A stretch of DNA of 64,000 bases from Eledone cirrhosa. Taxonomy: Eukaryota. The position numbers and the translations under genes are program-made. Shown piece by piece: positions 60,028-64,000 of the stretch. Under the pieces are notes generated by a model. That model was not told the origin of the DNA, did no database searches, and worked only from the letters and a program-made list of their open reading frames with translations. Where the stretch lies: the NCBI GenBank assembly GCA_964016885.1, contig OZ024742.1, positions 353,648,001 to 353,712,000 on the forward strand. The letters are read 5' to 3'. How positions within the stretch are numbered: position 1 is the stretch's first letter; each line of letters begins with the position of its first letter.

Positions 60028-62519
60028 TGTGTGTGTGTGTATGTGTGTGTATGAGTATGTGTGTGTGTGTGTGTCTGTAATATGGTCAGTAGTACGGTAT
60101 ATCTGCAACAGTTTACAAAGAAACACCAGTAGGAAATGTGAGTTGATCGCATGTGTTCACCTTCTACTTTGAACCTTGTGAACATCACTGTCTACATCCA
60201 ATCTTTATTGACTAATATAATTAACTTTGCATTTCACTGAACTCTATTGCTGACTCTTATGAAATAACAAATAACTGTCTCTATTATCATGAATGTGTGA
60301 TTCCGGAAAGTAGTTGTATTCTCAACTTCAGAACGACTAGCCAAAAAACTGACAAACGTTAAATACGTTTCCTTCGCTGTTACTCTTTGGAGCCTCATAC
60401 TCCTTATTGCTCGTGGACTATTTATATTTATAAACTGCTATATCAATGCAACATTGACTTTTTTTATGTTAATAAACCGTATATATGCGTTATTTTCCGA
60501 GGGTATCTTCTCTTCCACGTATAGATTTATTGAATGTTATTCGACATTCCCGCTTTGGTAAAGCAATTTCGCAAATTAGAAACTATATTCTTACACGCAA
60601 ATGTTATATACTTAGGTGTACGTTTCATCGGCGAACGTCGTTCAAACTTGAATGTTCTGATATGTGAATGCATCACCACGCTAACTACAGCGACATGGAT
60701 TTAAAATCAATGTATTTATGATATTTGTTCTCAACTTAGCTTTAGTATATTCCTATTGTTACATATCTAACAGAAAATATCAAATTTGGCAACTGAATAA
60801 ATTGGAAGAATTCAATTTTTTTATTGCATTTGTACTTAATGTTAGAATAATGACTTGATTCCAGCTGTCACAAAACATAATTATGCTAAATATCAATACA
60901 ATTCAGATTTAAACTCACTCACGTATTCCATAATTAGAAAATTACAAAAATGTTAGATATTGTTGTATTTTTTCTACTAAATACCATAATATTTCAATTT
61001 AATGCAACCGGATTTACAAGTTAATATGACATCTAATCTCAGGTGTTCCCGTCAGATTACAGCCGATGATGTTCTCGTTAGTATATCATGCAATTATTGA
61101 TTATTCCCTTAATATATATGCACTGCAGTATAAAACTATGTGTCAATCATATGCTATGTTAAACTAAATGTTTCTATTATGGTTATAATATCAACAAAAT
61201 ATTTCCTATTTCACTTAAATACATCGACATTCATGTTCAAATCATAATAACAATGATGCAATCATTTCATTTTTGAAATGAAATTCATCATGAGAATATA
61301 TTCTTTACATATTATACAACATTAGTACACATATACATTTGTGTTGCATTGTTTTCTTTTTACTATATCACTTCAAATATATACGAAACCTTCTTGTCGT
61401 CTATACTTAAGAAACTATATAACGGCATTTCATAAGATTTGAATCGAAAGACCGCACAATAATGTATTATACGATTATAAATAGACTTGTTTCAAACTAA
61501 AATAGTAGTAACCCACTACACTGCCACCTATTGTATTTGAGTCCGCTTGTAGTGGCGGGATAGGTTGAGCCAGCTCCATCATAGGAATTTATGGTGTATT
61601 TTCAATTCAATGGTGTTTCTTTTGGGGATTTATTTCACAAGCGGTGTCCATTTGCATATATATTTATTTAGGATAGTTCAATAAAAACATTGCATCGGTT
61701 ATAAGGCCCAAGATTCGCTTTCACACCCAACTGAATTTAGTGGAGTCACTACCGCCGCAGAGGCGCATGGGAGGTTGTTTGGCCGGCAGAGGTGATAAGC
61801 ACACATATTTGAGCCAATTTGTAGGCCAGTAGAAGCTTACTCTATTGCCCAGCACTCTGCATAGAAACAAATCCCGAAGGCTGCATGTCTCTTTGAGCTT
61901 TCAGAATGAATATTTTGGGTATAATATCAAGTTGACTTTTCAAGAAACAAACGTTTTATCAGCTGTGGTTTTCCATAATAAAACGTTTTATACCTCATCG
62001 TCTTGGCTAACAAATAGAAATTTGCAGGGAATTGTGTTCTATGTGTTAATGTTAACCCAAGTAAACCATCGTACGATGGGAAATATTACATTGTGACTCC
62101 ACAATTGTGTACATGCATGACTACCATGGTTTGATCGAAACAAGAAAGTTTATGGAAAGAAGAAGAAGAAGAAGAAGAAGAAGAAGAAGAAGAAGAAGAA
62201 ATCAATATATTTCGGAGAGATTGTAAACATATATTACGGCGAAACGTTAAATAAGCTGAAAGACATTTCCTTTTCAAATTAATTTCATAATATATTCATA
62301 TGTTTGTCTGATTTTCAATTATTGCCTAAGAGCGCATTCACTTTCATTAGTACGATGTAGTGAAACTCTTAGTATCAAATATAGACATTTCTCATTCTAC
62401 ATTACTATCATTGTACCGTGTCTCACTGGCCATCATCTGCGGAAATTCCATTGAGTTTTATCCGAGGATGTCATCGAAGCCCCGCTTCGACTTAAGAACT
62501 GAGTAAGTAACCCTCTCTA

Positions 62520-62569
<50 letters not shown>

Positions 62570-62670
62570 AACATTTCTCTCTCTCAATATATATCTCTCT
62601 CTATGCCGCTGTCATTCTATTTCCTTCCTTTTCTTCACATTTATGGCATTTTATAGTCTTTTCCAATTCC

Positions 62671-62995
62671 GTGAAGGTGTGAGGCTTTCTGGTTAGGCAA
62701 TTCGCCTCACAATCGTAAGGTCGTGAGTTCCATTCCCGGCTACGCGTTAGGTCCGTGAGCAAGATTATGTATTTAATGTTGCTTTAGTCCACTCAACTGG
62801 CAAAACATGATGTGCAGTTGAAGGGCCAGCCTTGTCATATCCTCTGTCCCGCAGAACCTACCTGAGAACTAAGTTAAGCATATGCGTTTCTATGGATTGC
62901 ACCCGTCCACCTGTACGCTAATTTCACAAGCAGGCCCTTCCTTTGATAATATCAATTGGAGCGCTCATCGTCCTAACCGACGGAGTGTCAGTTTT
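62671..62995 (+). mobile_element. tRNA-derived SINE
   Basis: gtgaagg..tggttagg..gagttccattcccgg head, then gtccgtgagcaag and agtccactcaactg core. Confidence 0.75.
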
Positions 62996-63639
62996 TAGTC
63001 CGCTCATATACAGCCAGATCTACCATTCTTTACTATTTTCCGCTAATTTTCCGTTACTTAAATTCGTTTTTATATGTTTATATATTTCCACCAGTGTATA
63101 ATATATGTTTGTAAAATATAGTTGACTTATTAAAACCATAGCTAAATATATATGCGTTCCAATATGTTAGACATTGAAATAACCTAAAATTCACATTATC
63201 TTCCAATATAATATGTTACAATATATATAAAACTGCTTTCCCAAGAAACAGTTTTAAAACTTTTGTTTTAGCCGTAAGCAGCATAATTACTCTTTAACTA
63301 ACTGATCGTATATCAGGATCATTTTTACATATTCATTTAATTGTAAACATATTATTACTCCTCTCTAGTTAGGTGGTGCCAACACTGCCATTGGTCAAAT
63401 CCATTAATCTATTTAGGTGAATACATTACTGATGGGGCCTCATTATATATATAATTATATTACACATTCAGAAACTAATATAATGATATGGTGCAACATC
63501 TGTATAGTATTATTATTACTTTCGGCATAAACAACAATTTTGCAATTTAATTCTTAGAAGAATATTATCTCTTTAACACAAAATTTATTCGCTATTTCCA
63601 TCTCTTTTAATGGAGTACGGTATCGGTAAACGTTTCCAA

Positions 63640-64000
63640 AAGGCTTAGTTCCCGCCTTATATGCTGAGAATTGCAATTTGATCTAGAAGGCAGAACATTG
63701 GGTTCAATACACGCCTGTTTGTGATTTACAATATATATCTCTTGCATACTAATCTGGTGTATAGAAATATGTAATGAAAATCGCACACGTTACTTATGTT
63801 AAATAGACTGGTTTACCAATCTGTTTTATTGAGTTCGTTAGTGAACTGCTGGAGATTCCTATGTAATTCGTTACAGTACGGTTTGAGTTTAATATTCATT
63901 GTCAGAGAGAAGAGCTCCGCTTCAAATTTAGCCAGAAGTGGATTGATCGGTGGAGTTGATGTGGATTTTTAATCCATGGAACTCTCTTTGTTTGGGGTTT
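63640..64000 (-). mobile_element. Old Naiad-type PLE N-terminal remnant
   Basis: Minus strand EFHGLKSTSTPPINPLLAKFEAELFSL aligns by eye with KFGFKSYKNPPSNPLLDSFEQDLMKM of family I. Confidence 0.6.

Overview
AT-rich, (TA)n/(CA)n-rich eukaryotic DNA with no convincing host gene. The tRNA-derived SINEs, recognised from memory, suggest an octopus or other cephalopod genome. About 0-28.8 kb and 36-60 kb form a dense nest of Penelope-like retroelements (PLEs) in TA microsatellites. At least five are Naiad-type families (DKT, GSxDxA, YRDD, CxC..CP..C, GIY-YIG, C-terminal CxxC..CxH). There is also a Neptune-type family (YLDD, Cys linker) and a third type (FVDD). All ORFs appear disrupted or truncated. 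Other repeats are CR1/L2- and RTE-type LINE remnants, SINEs and a non-autonomous Helitron. The main hidden layer is RNA: more than 30 hammerhead ribozyme (HHR) motifs from about 13 families, read by eye in pseudo-LTRs (pLTRs). They include U3-A8 compensated cores, a GCAA-for-GAAA core fixed in 9 copies, and stems II of roughly 60-95 nt. Many sit in ORF-less fold-back cassettes with an HHR on each strand, and one family forms a 590-bp tandem retrozyme-like array. Several inversion or truncation junctions fall on HHR cores. Family letters are my own labels and element boundaries are approximate.
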